A stretch of DNA of 64,000 nt, filler included, from Octopus bimaculoides (Eukaryota), in NCBI RefSeq assembly GCF_001194135.2. It is 6 parts of 5 records of this genome, joined end to end, with 100 filler letters (N's around TTAATTAATTAA, not from the genome) between each part and the next. Parts side by side here need not be neighbours in the genome. Positions count along the whole stretch, not along the records: positions 24,209 to 52,672 come from NC_069001.1; 5 more parts are not named here. One strand, given 5' to 3'. Both the position numbers and the translations under genes were made by a program. This document shows positions 24,800-36,890 of this stretch, in pieces; positions within the stretch are counted from its first letter, which is position 1; each line of letters opens with the position of its first letter. The notes beneath the pieces are model-generated. The model searched no databases. It was not told the origin of the DNA and saw only the letters and a list, made by a program, of their open reading frames with translations.

Positions 24800-25095
24800 A
24801 ATTAAAATTAGCACTAAACATAAGGATACACTGGGCATCTAACCTGTTTAGAAACGTGTTTTGAATGTTTTCCTCTTGGTAAAGTTGTGCTAAAGAGAGT
24901 TGAGGCCCGCAACCCAAAACTTGAAACCATGGTATATGAATATCTGAATGGCACTATCTTTAATTGTATGCTTTTAATTCTTTAACCATTTGCCTGCTTA
25001 CTGTTGTTCTCTCATATTTTCAGTGCTATTGGTTTTTTACTGGGGTTTTGACTCCTATTTCTAAACAGGTCAGATGCTTAGTGCTAATTTTAATT
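24800..25095. mobile_element. MITE-like element with ~38-bp inverted termini (left arm carries a 17-nt insertion)
   Basis: aattaaaattagcactaa[acataaggatacactgg]gcatctaacctgtttagaaa versus tttctaaacaggtcagatgcttagtgctaattttaatt. Confidence 0.65.
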
Positions 25096-25228
25096 TTATA
25101 GCTATTTGATGCTATTTAATACCTGTAACCATCTATATTATTGCTATTATTATCAATATATTATATTTACTGCAGATAATATCAACAATAATAATATCTT
25201 TATGAATATTCACATTTGAATATTCACT

Positions 25229-25269
<41 letters not shown>

Positions 25270-25273
<4 letters not shown>

Positions 25274-25450
25274 TGTGTGTCTGTATTTGTCCCCCTCCTG
25301 TCGCTTGACAACCAATGTTAGTGTGTTTATGTCCCCATAACTTAGCGGTTTGGCAAAAGAGACCAATAGAATAAGTACTAGGCTTACAAAGAATAAGACC
25401 TCAGATCAGTTTGTTCGACTAAATGACTGAAACAAGTAAAAGAATAAAAG
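25270..25450 (+). mobile_element. 3' half of the dominant SINE
   Basis: cgcttgacaacc...ccccataacttagcggtttggcaaaagagaccaatagaataagtactaggc...gactgaaacaagtaaaagaataaaag. Confidence 0.9.
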
Positions 25451-25734
25451 AATATATATATAAATGTATGTATAGTAAAAATTACTTGATACAGACACAA
25501 TGATTAAAGATTTTCTAAAAATTTAACTATTTAAAAAAAACTTCATTTGATCGAATGTCACTCACCTTTGGGGAAGAGGTTTGTGTATTCTGTGTGTAAG
25601 TGCTTTCGTTGTCCAACTTTTCAAACATATGTATCCTGGGCTAATGCATATAGAGGAAATTGTTTTAAGTATGGTGTTGATTATCTCTGGTTAATTTCAA
25701 ATTTAGAATTCTCACAGAGGAAATGACTAGTGAC

Positions 25735-26285
25735 CAAGATCTATGGTGATATGCTGTGCTTGAGAAGACTTGTCAAGCTAAGTGAAATCGTAGTTGTGGC
25801 CATTGCCAGTGTCACGTAACTGGCACTTGTGCCGGTGGCATGTAAAAAGCACCTTTCAAGCATTAAGCCTCTTGGTGGTAATGTGGCTAATGCTGGTGTC
25901 ATGTACCTGGCACCGATGCCAGTGGCACTTAAAAAGCACCTTTAATGCTTTGGGTCTCATGGAGGTATCTGGCACCCATGCTGGGGGCACATAAAAAGCA
26001 TCTGTCAAGCGTTGATCCTCATGGAGGCAATGACATATGATTGATACCTTTGAGAAGAAGGCCCATCAAGCCTAGTGAAATCGTAGTCATGGCAGATACT
26101 GGTGTCACACAACTGGCACCTATGTGGGTGGCACGTAAAAACACCCATTGCACTCTCAGAGTGGTTGACATTAGGAAGGGAATCCAGCCATAGAAACCAT
26201 GCCAAATCAGTAGAAACCAGCACTGGTTAAGCCATCCACCTCATGTCAGCATGGACAACGGATGTTAAATGATGATGATGATGAT
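25735..26285 (+). mobile_element. RTE-clade LINE 3' UTR with internal repeats and (GAT)n tail
   Basis: Repeated ggcacctgtgccggtggcacgtaaaaagcacc-type units; ends catggacaacggatgttaaatgatgatgatgatgat; matches 43700-44485. Confidence 0.85.
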
Positions 26286-26472
26286 CACACACATAATTAT
26301 TGAAAGGAAGACAGAAAAGAAGGCTAAAAGTTTTTTCATCCTATTATTCTTATACACAGAATGGAAAGCTTATATATAACACTAATGTCCCTTAAATTTT
26401 TTTTTTCATTGGGAGACAACTTTATTTGTCAATCGATAATCTAGAAGCAACGAAGCACAGTCACTGTTCTAG

Positions 26473-26571
26473 ATTTCTGAGTGAAGAATATTCCCAATGC
26501 ATTCCAATTATATCTGAATTTCCTTCAAAGGAAAAATATCCACTGACCAGCTTTTTATCAAACGATATCAA
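26473..26571 (+). CDS. Candidate symmetric exon (xFLSEEYSQCIPIISEFPSKEKYPLTSFLSNDIK), phase 2 to 2
   Basis: Acceptor tcactgttctag, donor AA|GTAGGC, 99 nt open. Confidence 0.25.
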
Positions 26572-26702
26572 GTAGGCTGTTTTTGTGGTTGACTTTTCTA
26601 GTTTTGTTGCCACCATTTTGTATTTGAGAGCTGGAGAAATTTATATGACATCTAGACTGAACGAAAACATAATTTAATGAAATGAAATGATAATAATAAT
26701 AA

Positions 26703-27534
26703 TAAAGAAGAATAAAGATGAGATTGATTTGAATAGAACCTGGCAATGGCTACAGAAAGGAGACTTAAAAGGGCCCACTGAGGCACTAGTGTGCAGCTCT
26801 CAAGAACAAACTCTCAGAACAAATTACTCAAAATATCACATTGATAAAAGCACTGACTCACCACAGTGTAGGATGTGTTCTGAGCAGGGAGAAAGTATAA
26901 GCCATATTGTTGGTGAGTGCTGTAAGCTGACACAATGTGAATATAAAAGGAGACACAACAATGTGGCCAGATATGTCCTCTGGCTGTTGTGCAGTAAAGC
27001 AAACCTTGAGAGAGCTGAACAATGGTATGAACACAAGCCACAGGGAGTAATGGAAAATGAACATTACAAAATACTCTGGGATATTAACATGCAGTGCAAC
27101 CAAGTCATGGAGGCAAAACGGCCAGATATCATGCTGATCCATAAAGATGAAAAAAGGTAAAGATAATAGATGTTGCAATACCAGGTGATTCAAGGGTGAA
27201 AAGTAAGGAAACAGAAAAGATTGAGAAATACCAGCCACTGCAGGACGAGATAGGAAAGTTATGGGGCATGAGGAAAGTAATGGTGATACTGGTGGTAATT
27301 GGAGCATTAGGAGCAGTTTCCAAGGGCTTTGAAAAACGTTATGAATATTGGAGCTGCTGTCAGGCTCGAGGTGACCCAGAAGACAGCATTGTTGGGTACA
27401 GCTCACATTCTAAGGAGAGTATTGTCTCTTTGAGCCACAAGAGAAGGCACTACTTGAAACCTTTGGTGATATGTTGTTGCATGCTTTCAAGTAAAGAATA
27501 AATGATAATTAAGAACTATCCAAGAGGCTTTCAC
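26703..27534 (+). mobile_element. 5'-truncated R4/Dong-type LINE: CCHC zinc finger + restriction-like endonuclease
   Basis: WQWLQKGDLKGPTEAL..QEQTLRTN...CRMC...ESISHIVGEC...YKRRHN...ILWD...KRPD...IIDVAIPGD...EKIEKYQPL...VVIGALG...KTALLGTAHILRRVLS; flanked by (TAA)n on both sides. Confidence 0.92.
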
Positions 27535-27578
<44 letters not shown>

Positions 27579-27601
27579 TGATGATGATGATGATGATGAT
27601 A
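27535..27601. repeat. (TAA)n(TGA)n microsatellite (LINE tail/target)
   Basis: Direct reading of the sequence. Confidence 0.95.
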
Positions 27602-27609
27602 ATTTCATT

Positions 27610-28543
27610 TATTTGTCACAAGGATGAAGGATACGATACAAAGACAGACATAAAGTGTTGGGGTTTACATAGATAGAAATGTTGCCTTCCTGATACAGGA
27701 AGGCCTCTAGGAATAATCCAGGAACCCCACTGTCTAAGATTTTGCTGAAACCCCAAGAGCAAACGGCCTCTCCAATTCCTTCTCTCTGACTCACTTAGAG
27801 AGGTACCATCCACTCTTGCCATTTTTATAACTTTCATCCACCTTTCAGTAAACTCACTCGAGGACATCGCTTCCCTCTCCACTCTCAATTTCCTTTTCAA
27901 GTGAAACTTGAACAAGTCAATGAGAGCTCTACCAAAGAGGATGTGTCTGTTCTCATGCTTTTCAGCCTTGTCCACCAAAGAACCTCTTTCACCACAATCA
28001 CCAGGCAAAGGAAAACCGCTTTGCCTCCCTGATTGAAGGAGGGTGGCAGGGTGATCATCACTACAAACTCAGCCAACAGATGGATCTGTCCCACATGTGA
28101 CAGCAGCTGTTCGACATAACCCCGCAAGTCAGCAATGCCTGGGCAATGAACAAGGGCGTGCAGAATGGCTTTGTCACTCTGTCCACACCTCGGACAAGCA
28201 CATCTGTGCTTGCAGAGTTTATCTCAAACTGGTAGTGCCCCCTCCCCCTGTAGCACTGCCAGGCCAAGGACATCTGGAAATTATCCATGATAGTTCCCGA
28301 CTGGCAAATCCTCCGGAACAGACTAGCCAGTTCATTCTTGTCAGTGCCCAGTGTCTCCCCAAAAAATGTTGTTGCACTTTTCTGCCACTAACCCTCTATA
28401 AATTTCTAAAGCGGAACATCCAGCAATCCCATTGCCTGACTGGTAGAGGGCTGTGAGTACCTGACAACAGGTGTCCAGTCTTGATCTTTTCACCCACGAC
28501 TGCAGCTGTGTCAGGACTAAACCAGATCCCAAACAGTTTAACT
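27610..28543 (-). mobile_element. L1/Tx1-clade LINE ORF2 C-terminal end and 3' UTR, degraded
   Basis: SLAWQCYRG; CCHC remnant; GYVEQLLSHVGQI...KEVLWWTRLK; GRALIDLFKFHLKRKLRVEREAMSSSEFTERW. Confidence 0.85.
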
Positions 28544-28620
28544 GGACTGTCGGTCTAGGTGAACTGTCGGTCCAGGTGAACTGTCGGTCCAGGTGAACTG
28601 TCGGTCCAGGTGAACTGTCT
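28544..28620. repeat. 17-bp minisatellite (gaactgtcggtccaggt) x ~4.5
   Basis: Units at 28544, 28561, 28578, 28595 and a partial unit at 28612. Confidence 0.95.
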
Positions 28621-28790
28621 ATGGCATGTCATCAACTCTCACTCTTTCCAGAGAAAGTAATATTTCCACATGACCAGACATGTTTTCATGGAAGACTGGA
28701 AATGAAGGATACCGTTTGCATATTAGTGACACTTGCTTGCAACTATCACATGATTTTGAGACAAGAAAACACACACACACACACGAGCAA

Positions 28791-28824
<34 letters not shown>

Positions 28825-29130
28825 ACTTATCTGTATTAATATATTTATATAGTATGTCTACATTTTACTTAGATCTTATACTGTAGAACATTCCCTTTAT
28901 CAACTGCTAATTTGATATCAATCACTACGATGATATCTAGCTGACATCTCTATGAAGCAGCACTGATTCTGCGAGAGAGTGTTCAGGTTCTTTGGACCTA
29001 CATACATTCATACATCTAGCATATATACATAGTATTTGTAATGTCCCTCTGGCATAAGTTGAATGGTTAGACAGGATTTGACGGGTCCAAGTACTGTGTT
29101 ATGCTCCAATTTTTGGTTTGACATGGCTTC

Positions 29131-30270
29131 TATTGGGTCATTCCATAAATATTGCAGTTTTTTCAATTACATGAATTAAAAGTCGGAAGGGGATGGGATA
29201 AACTACCTGCATCAATTTGCTATAAAAGCAGGTAGTAATTTTACCATGTGCTTATTCTTAGTGCATGTCTTGAAGAGTGCGGTTCAATTTTAACAGTCAT
29301 TTTTTCAAAGCTAAAATAGAAGTGACAGAGGAGCATATTTGGCATATTTTACTTTACGAGTTCAATAAAGGCAACAATGCAACAGAAAGTGGGAAGAATA
29401 TTAATGCAGTATATGGGGATCAGATAATATGCGTAAGCCAGTGTCAACGGTGGTTCTAGAAATTCCAAGATGGAAACTACAACCTAAAAGACGAGCCTTG
29501 TTCTGGAAGATCTGTAGAGCTCGATGAGGACGTACTACAAACCCTCGTGGAATAAAATCCCATCATAGCTGTTGAGGAACTAGCAGAGAAGCTTGGATTT
29601 GGTCATTCAACCATTCATCAACACCAGCATGTCATCGGAAAAGTCAGTGAATTGGGTCAATGAGTTCCTCACAAACTTTCCAAGTCTAATAGCATGCAAA
29701 GAGTGAATGTGTGCTCTTCTTTGCTGCCATGTCTCATGAATGAACCATTTTTGGACCGAATAGTGACTGGTGATGAGAAATGCATTCTCCATAAAAATGT
29801 CAAGCACCAAAAACAGTGGGTAGGGAAAGGAGAAACACCAGCACCCCAGGCTAAACAAGGTCTTCACCCACATAAGTTGTTATCTGTTTTGTGGGATATG
29901 AATGGTTTAGTCCACTTTGAACTTTTAAACCCAAACCAAATGATAACAAAGATCTACTGTGAGCAGCTTGAGTGGCTTAAGTCAGCGCTAGAAGAAAAAC
30001 GACCATGTGTGGTTTCAAGACGAAAGGTTTTCTTCTATCAGGTTAATGCTCAGCCACATACAGTGAGGATGACATTCCAAAGGCTGGTACAGTTTGAATG
30101 AGAAACGGTGGCCCACCCACCATATTCACCGGAAATTGTCCCATCTGATTATCATTTATTCCATAGTCTTCAAAATGATTTGGATGGAAAAAAATATGAA
30201 TTCTGTAGACAAAGTCAAAACAGTACTGGAAGAGTATTTTTTCATCACGGACAAGTGAATTTTGAAAGAG
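29131..30270 (+). mobile_element. Mariner (DD34D) transposon remnant with left TIR, 3'-truncated
   Basis: TIR tattgggtcattccataaatattgcagttt; HIWHILLYEFNKGNNATE, VPHKL, DRIVTGDEKCI, LHPHK, HPPYSPEIVPSDYHLFHSLQN; stops and frameshifts. Confidence 0.95.
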
Positions 30271-31177
30271 GTGAGTAGAGCAGAATGTAGAAGAGTTACA
30301 TGGCTTCTCATACTATGAAAGAGAAGTGAGGATGTGTGGTCAAATTTGCAGGTCATTTTCACTTTTGTCCCATATTTCATGCATGCATAGAATTAGACAT
30401 TATTTCTGTCTATCAATTTCTGATTATAAAGTACGGAAGCCTCATGCTGTCAGCAACTCACAACTTCCACTAATTAATTGGAATTAAGAAAGGTATGCAA
30501 AAATAACTTCCTTTGGTGCACACACACNNNNNNNNNNNNNNNNNNNNNNNNNNNNNNNNNNNNNNNNNNNNNNNNNNNNNNNNNNNNNNNNNNNNNNNNN
30601 NNNNNNNNNNNNNNNNNNNNNNNNNNNNNNNNNNNNNNNNNNNNNNNNNNNNNNNNNNNNNNNNNNNNNNNNNNNNNNNNNNNNNNNNNNNNNNNNNNNN
30701 NNNNNNNNNNNNNNNNNNNNNNNNNNNNNNNNNNNNNNNNNNNNNNNNNNNNNNNNNNNNNNNNNNNNNNNNNNNNNNNNNNNNNNNNNNNNNNNNNNNN
30801 NNNNNNNNNNNNNNNNNNNNNNNNNNNNNNNNNNNNNNNNNNNNNNNNNNNNNNNNNNNNNNNNNNNNNNNNNNNNNNNNNNNNNNNNNNNNNNNNNNNN
30901 NNNNNNNNNNNNNNNNNNNNNNNNNNNNNNNNNNNNNNNNNNNNNNNNNNNNNNNNNNNNNNNNNNNNNNNNNNNNNNNNNNNNNNNNNNNNNNNNNNNN
31001 NNNNNNNNNNNNNNNNNNNNNNNNNNNNNNNNNNNNNNNNNNNNNNNNNNNNNNNNNTTTTTAATTCCTCCCCCACCTAAATTTTAAATTTTTAACTTTT
31101 TCCAAAAATTTTTTATTCAATCTATGTATAAAAATATGGAGATTAAGAATGAATTCTAATTTTAAATTTTTTATAAA

Positions 31178-32174
31178 AAACTCCAAAATTGATCCACACC
31201 CCATCCCGCTGTCTAAAACTGAAAATGAACGGCTGTTTGGTCCATTTCCACATGCATAGATTTATAGTGAAAGAGAAAAAGGACCACAGCATGTGAAGCC
31301 CTCACCAAGAAATTCGATATGCTAAAAATAACAGCTAAAAGCCTGGAGAATTTTCTGGTTCTGGGTACATTTACAGAAATGAACTTGCACAATGTTACAA
31401 CTCTGAATTTTCTTTAATTGTGATAATGAATAAAGAGGTTTAATCGTTACCACCAGAATTAATTTCCCTTGCATTTTCTCTCTTTTTCAATATTCAATTG
31501 AAAGATAGAACATGTTGTTAACAACAACATTAAAACTTTAGTAACTTGATCGATCTGTCATTGAACCAGGATTTTAATTTCATTTGATACACACTTTGCT
31601 ATCATTTATATGGAGAATTGCAAACGTGGCATATAAAGACAACTTATTTTAATAGAAATTTTATGAGTACATTTCTGTAAATGTTTTACTTGTGCACCCC
31701 CACCCCTCACACACATGCACATATACGCACGCGGATACACATGGATTAAGTCCCATTTTGGATGTATGTTAACAATACAAATATAGGTGCTGAGCCAGTG
31801 ACTAAACTTGTGGTATTTTGTTGGGATTAATCCAATGAATTGACAGCAAAATAATTACTTCTATCAGAATCATTTACCTTTCAAGCAGAAAAACAAAACC
31901 AACGTATACAACAGGTATGTCAAATATATTTTGTGTATATATTTCTCTCTTCATTCGGATAAGCTGTAGAAATTGTTGCGCAAGCACACACCCACAACCA
32001 CAAAAGTTCTCCGGACATTTAGCTGTTATTTTTAGCATATCGAGTTTCGTGGTGAGGGCTTCACATGGTCCTTTTGTTCTTTCACTATAAATCTATGCAT
32101 GTGGAAATGGACGAAGCAGCCGTTCATTTTCACTTTTAGACAGCGGGATGGGGTGTGGATCAATTTTGGAGTTT
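31178..32174. mobile_element. ~1-kb element with ~190-bp terminal inverted repeats (fold-back/MITE-like)
   Basis: aaactccaaaattgatccacaccccatcccgctgtctaaaa...gctaaaaataacagctaaa (31178-~31365) is the high-identity reverse complement of ~31990-32174. Confidence 0.88.
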
Positions 32175-35086
32175 GTCACACTGGACATGACGGGTATCCA
32201 ATATACAAAAGACGCAAACTGGGAGATGGATTCATTTTGACTTTTCGACCACAGGTAAGTCCAGTCATTGTAGACAATAGATGGATCGTCCCATATAGTG
32301 CTCTATTGCTATGAGTTTTCAAGCTACACATTAACGTGGAATTTTGCAATTCTGTTCACTCCAAGTATATATATGCACATATATAAACAAAGGGTCTGAC
32401 ATGGCTGTTTTTGGCCTTTCAGATGCTGATAGGGCCAATGATGTACACCAATATCTCATGGGCCATTATGTAATTATGTAACCAGTAATGAAGCCACTTG
32501 GAGACTCCTTCATTTCCCCATCCATGAAAGATATCCCACAGTTGACCACCTTTCTGTTTATTTAGAAAATAGCCAAAGAGTTTATTTTGATCCATTGAAT
32601 CCTGGAAGAGTTACAGGATGAATATATGCACTACAGGCGACAATTCTCACAGCATTCTTTGACCTGTGTAGATGTGATGCATTCGCTGCGACCATCTTCT
32701 ACCCAGGCATACCGAAGTATTACACCTGGAATAACCATGTTAAGAAGTGGAAGAGGAGAATTCTTGGTGCAACCATTGAAGGGCATCCACACCTAAAAAA
32801 AAGTAATGCTCTAGGTTGAGTTTGTACGGTCCACCCCAACAACATCGAATGCTACTGTTTCCGGATGCTTCTCCACAAAGTTCCTGGACCAACGTCATTC
32901 AAAGACCTTAAAATAGCACACTCCTTGATTTGTGAAACATTTCGACAGGCCTGTCAACTACGAGGTCTTCTTGAAGATGGCAGTCACTGGAGTTTAGTTC
33001 TTTCTGATGCAGCAACTGCATGCATAGCTTACCAAGAAGATTCTTTGTCGTCCTGTTGTACCATTGTGATTTACCGAATCCACTACAACTTTGGGAAAAC
33101 CACAAAGACAGCCTATCTGATGACATACTTCATGAAGCTCGACAGTTGCATGGGCCAAGTGTCTCCTACTTGGATGTTATATACACCAAAGCATTACAGC
33201 ATTTAGAAAACATGCTAAATTCCATTGGGGGCAAAAGCTTATCCAACCACAGCATTCCAACACCTTTAGCTGAACATCACGGCCTTTCAAGAGAAGTCAT
33301 TTGAGAAAGTGCATACAACTTGGATGCCCTGAAAAGGCAACTTGAAGAAAGTGAATCATTATAGCAAGCTGAGCAAAGGTCTGTTTACAATGAAATAATA
33401 GTGTCCTCCTTGCAAGGAGAAGGATGTCTTTTCTTCATTGATGCACCGGGAGGAACGGGGAAACATTTCTACTTGACCTATTTCTGGTAAAAATAAGGCA
33501 GATGGGAAACATAGCAAATGCAGTCGCATCATCAGGGATAGTAGCAACTTTGTTAATAGGTGGATGGACAGCTCACTCAACGTTTAAATTGCCTTTCAAT
33601 TTGACTTCAACAGATGCCCAAATGTGCAATATTTCAAAACGATCACTGACAGCAGAAGCTCTGCTCCAAACTACACTTATAGTCTGGAATGAATTCACAA
33701 TGGTACACCGTGGTGCACTAGAAGCCCTAGATAGGTCACTAAGGGATATTAGAAACAATACTGCCATTATGGGAAGGGGACTTAACTGTTGTCCTTGCAG
33801 GAGATTTCCATCAAATATTACCAATCATACCATGGGGCATGCGAGCTGATGAGATCTATGTATGTCTGAAGTCTTCACCTCTGTGGAGGTTTGTTTGTCA
33901 GCTTTCATTAAGCAAGAATATGCGAGCTCATCTCTACAACGATCAACTTTAGCTGAGGAATTCTCTCATCAACTACTACAAATTGGAAATGGCACCTTAC
34001 TGCTGAATAACACCATGCAGTTGCATGTACTGCAATGTGGGCACATGGTGTCTACATTGGCCGAGCTTAAAGAAAAGGTATTTCCCACATTGCAAGATAA
34101 CTTCAAAAACATAGCATGATTTGTAGAGAGAGCTATTTCAGTACCTCGGAATGAAAGTGTTGATAAAGTATACCGTGAACTTCTCCATATTCTGCCTGGA
34201 GATTCTTCAACGTTTGTCTCCATTGATACTACCATTGATGAACATGCCGCTGTTGACTATCCAGTTGAATTTCTCAACTCTCTACAACCCACAGGACTGC
34301 CACCGCATTAGTTTTTCCTAAAGAAAGGTGCACCGAGGAATTTCGACCCACCACGACTATACAATGGTACAAGTTTGACTGTAACTACAATGACAAGTCA
34401 TGTCCTACAAGCAACTATTATTGCCGGCTGTCATCGAGGAGAGATCGCATACATTCCACGCATGCTCCTTATTCACTCAAATGTGTCATTTCAATTCAAG
34501 TGCCTCCAGTTCCCAGTGCAATTGTGCTTCGCTATGACAATCAACAAAGCCCAGGATCAAACTTTAAAAATTGTGGGTCTCAATTTGCAACTACCCTGCT
34601 TTTCTCATGGACAACTATATGTCGCATGCTCTCGAGTTAGCAGTGCAGATAACTTGTACATTTATTGTACCAACACTGGACTTACGCAAAACCTAGTTTA
34701 CCCAGAAGCATTGTCGGCTTCTCTTAACATATGTTGAAGTGTGCAGTCTGCCCAAACATTACAGAGATGGTGCTTTTCACAATGAAGCAGCTTCCTTTCC
34801 ATGTACCTTACTTTCTGCAATATGGATACCCCTATGTTCTCATTTGTCATCCAATTCTTTACATCCATAACTCTAGGTCATTTTTAGGATTTCATTCTAG
34901 TCTAAGCTGCTTTTTTACATGTTTTTGGTGACAACAATTTCAGCATTGTTCATTACAAAAATGTTTATAAAAAAGAGTTGTTTGCTTCATGCTCCTCGTG
35001 TGCCGATTCTGCCCATAAGAAAGAAACAAATAATGCAATGTGGCTGTAGGTTATAACACCCAGGCAACGTTGGGATGCATCGCTAG
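32175..35086 (+). mobile_element. Helitron remnant (Rep C-terminal + PIF1-like helicase) with intact 3' hairpin and CTAG end
   Basis: DGYPIYKRR, DNRWIVPY, INKGSD, GPTSFKDL, DAPGGTGK, AVASSGIVATLLIGGWTAHSTFKLP, QFPVQLCFAMTINKAQDQTL, FSHGQLYVACSRV, NLVYPEAL; hairpin cccaggcaacgttggg then CTAG 35083-35086 followed by T. Confidence 0.95.
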
Positions 35087-35274
35087 TATATATATATTCA
35101 GATTTAATTAGAGGATACATTAACCTCATGAATGACTAATTTGTGAATAATAAGCAATTATTAACTTCCTTGTCTCCATTTCTTTTCTTCTTTTAAATGA
35201 TATCAACTATATATATATTATGGAGATGTACTTGCATAGCAAGTGACCTGATCTGAGATCGTGTGCTGGAACGA

Positions 35275-35555
35275 AAACAATTGCAGTGTGGAAAGTGTTT
35301 ATAAGCCATTTAAGAAACACACAAAAACCGTTAGATTCACTTCAACATTTAAATTTAATTTGCCAAAATATTTTCATCGTTTTGAAACCGCGACCTGTTC
35401 ACTGACAAAATTGAACAGCACAGAATTTTGTCAGTGAACAGGTCTCAAAGTGATGAAAATATTTAGGCAAGTTAAATTTAAATATCGAAGTGAATCTAAT
35501 GGTTTTTGTGTGTTTCTTAAATGGCTTATAAACACCTTCCATGCTGCAATTGTTT
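35275..35555. repeat. 281-bp near-perfect palindrome (two ~135-bp arms, 11-nt loop)
   Basis: aaacaattgcag...gacctgttcactgacaaaatt-gaacagcacag-aattttgtcagtgaacaggtc...ctgcaattgttt. Confidence 0.95.
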
Positions 35556-35569
35556 ATATATATATATAT

Positions 35570-35764
35570 TACTTGTTTCATTTTGACTGTGGCCATGCTG
35601 GAGCACTACCTTTAGTCAAACAAAATGACCCCATGACTTATTTGTAAGCCTAGTACTTATTCTATTGGTCTCTTTAGCTGAACTGCTAAGTTACGGGGGC
35701 GTAAACTCACCAACATCGGTTGTCAAGCGATGGAGGGTGGACAAGCACAGTCACATGAATATAT

Positions 35765-35811
<47 letters not shown>

Positions 35812-35980
35812 AACACGACGGGCTTCTTTCAGTTTCCATCTGCCAAATCCACTCACAAGGCTCTGGTCGGTCTGAAACTATAATAGAAGACACTTGGTCA
35901 AGGTGCCATGCAGTGGGACTGAACCTGGAACCATGTGGTTCAGAAGCCAGCTTCTTACCACACAACCACTTCCGCACCTA
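35570..35980 (-). mobile_element. Full-length dominant SINE, diverged
   Basis: Same body and head as 23133-23535, with internal (CA)n. Confidence 0.92.
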
Positions 35981-36641
35981 TACATATGTATATATACTAA
36001 TAAAAGAGAAGTTCAATCTTGCTTACTTGCTTGCTTGCCATGTTACATACCCAAACTGGCGCATAATGGGAAGATACTATGAATTAAGGTGCCCCTGAAA
36101 TATTAATACGATCAGAATAGAACATGTTTCGCTTAAATCGGGCCAGTAGTTATTGAGATATTTGGGGTTTGTGGGTATGAATACTCAAAACAGTGCATAA
36201 TGGGAAAATATTCTGAATATAATTTCATCTTGAAAGAGAAGGAACTCTAACCTTTCGATTAGACACAGTGACTTGACAACGAAAAAAATTACAATGTTTT
36301 TTTTTCAGTAAATGTTTCTATTTTCACTTTTGTTAAATACCATATTTTTATCATTTAGAAATATTTTTAAGTGAAAGTGATTTCAAAAATTTAAGTTGTT
36401 TGTTCAGTAAGTATTTATATTTTACCTTTCTTTAAACAGACAATATTTTAACGTGTTTTAAAATTATTTTCAAGTGAATATCATTACAAAAATCTTTTTT
36501 GGCATATTTAAAAAAATATTTTAAAGTGGAAATGACTTTAAAAATACGGTAAATATTTCATAAAAGACCTGTTCGTATCCTCAGTGTGAAATCATTTTTT
36601 CCATAGGGTTTTTTCAAATAAATCCAACGTATCTCACCTCC

Positions 36642-36760
36642 AAAGATTTGGCTGCTATTTCTAGCACGCCTTGCTACCATGTAACAGCTATTTGTGATAA
36701 AGGGCTTGAAATACCTGTTACGTGGTAGCAGAGCATGCAAGAAATAGCAGCCAAATCTTT
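36642..36760. repeat. 46-bp inverted repeat, 27-nt loop
   Basis: aaagatttggctgctatttctagcacgccttgctaccatgtaacag versus ctgttacgtggtagcagagcatgcaagaaatagcagccaaatcttt. Confidence 0.92.
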
Positions 36761-36890
36761 CATTTTTCTTGGAAAAAGAGCCTTAATGCATGATTTCAAT
36801 GTTACATTCATTGAAAGCCCACAAAATAACCTGGAAAAGAAAGAAAGAAACCCACAAAAGAAACTCCATTGCTGGGAAACTCAAACTTTC

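Noticed and set aside
28544-28620. Regular short repeats resembling a CRISPR array (also RTE UTR repeats 43790-44330)
   Set aside because: No unique spacers, eukaryotic context, no cas genes.
30271-30470. C2H2-like CGQICRSFSLLSHISCMH after the mariner truncation
   Set aside because: First Cys missing and single finger only; more likely a decayed RTE C-terminal finger than a zinc-finger gene.
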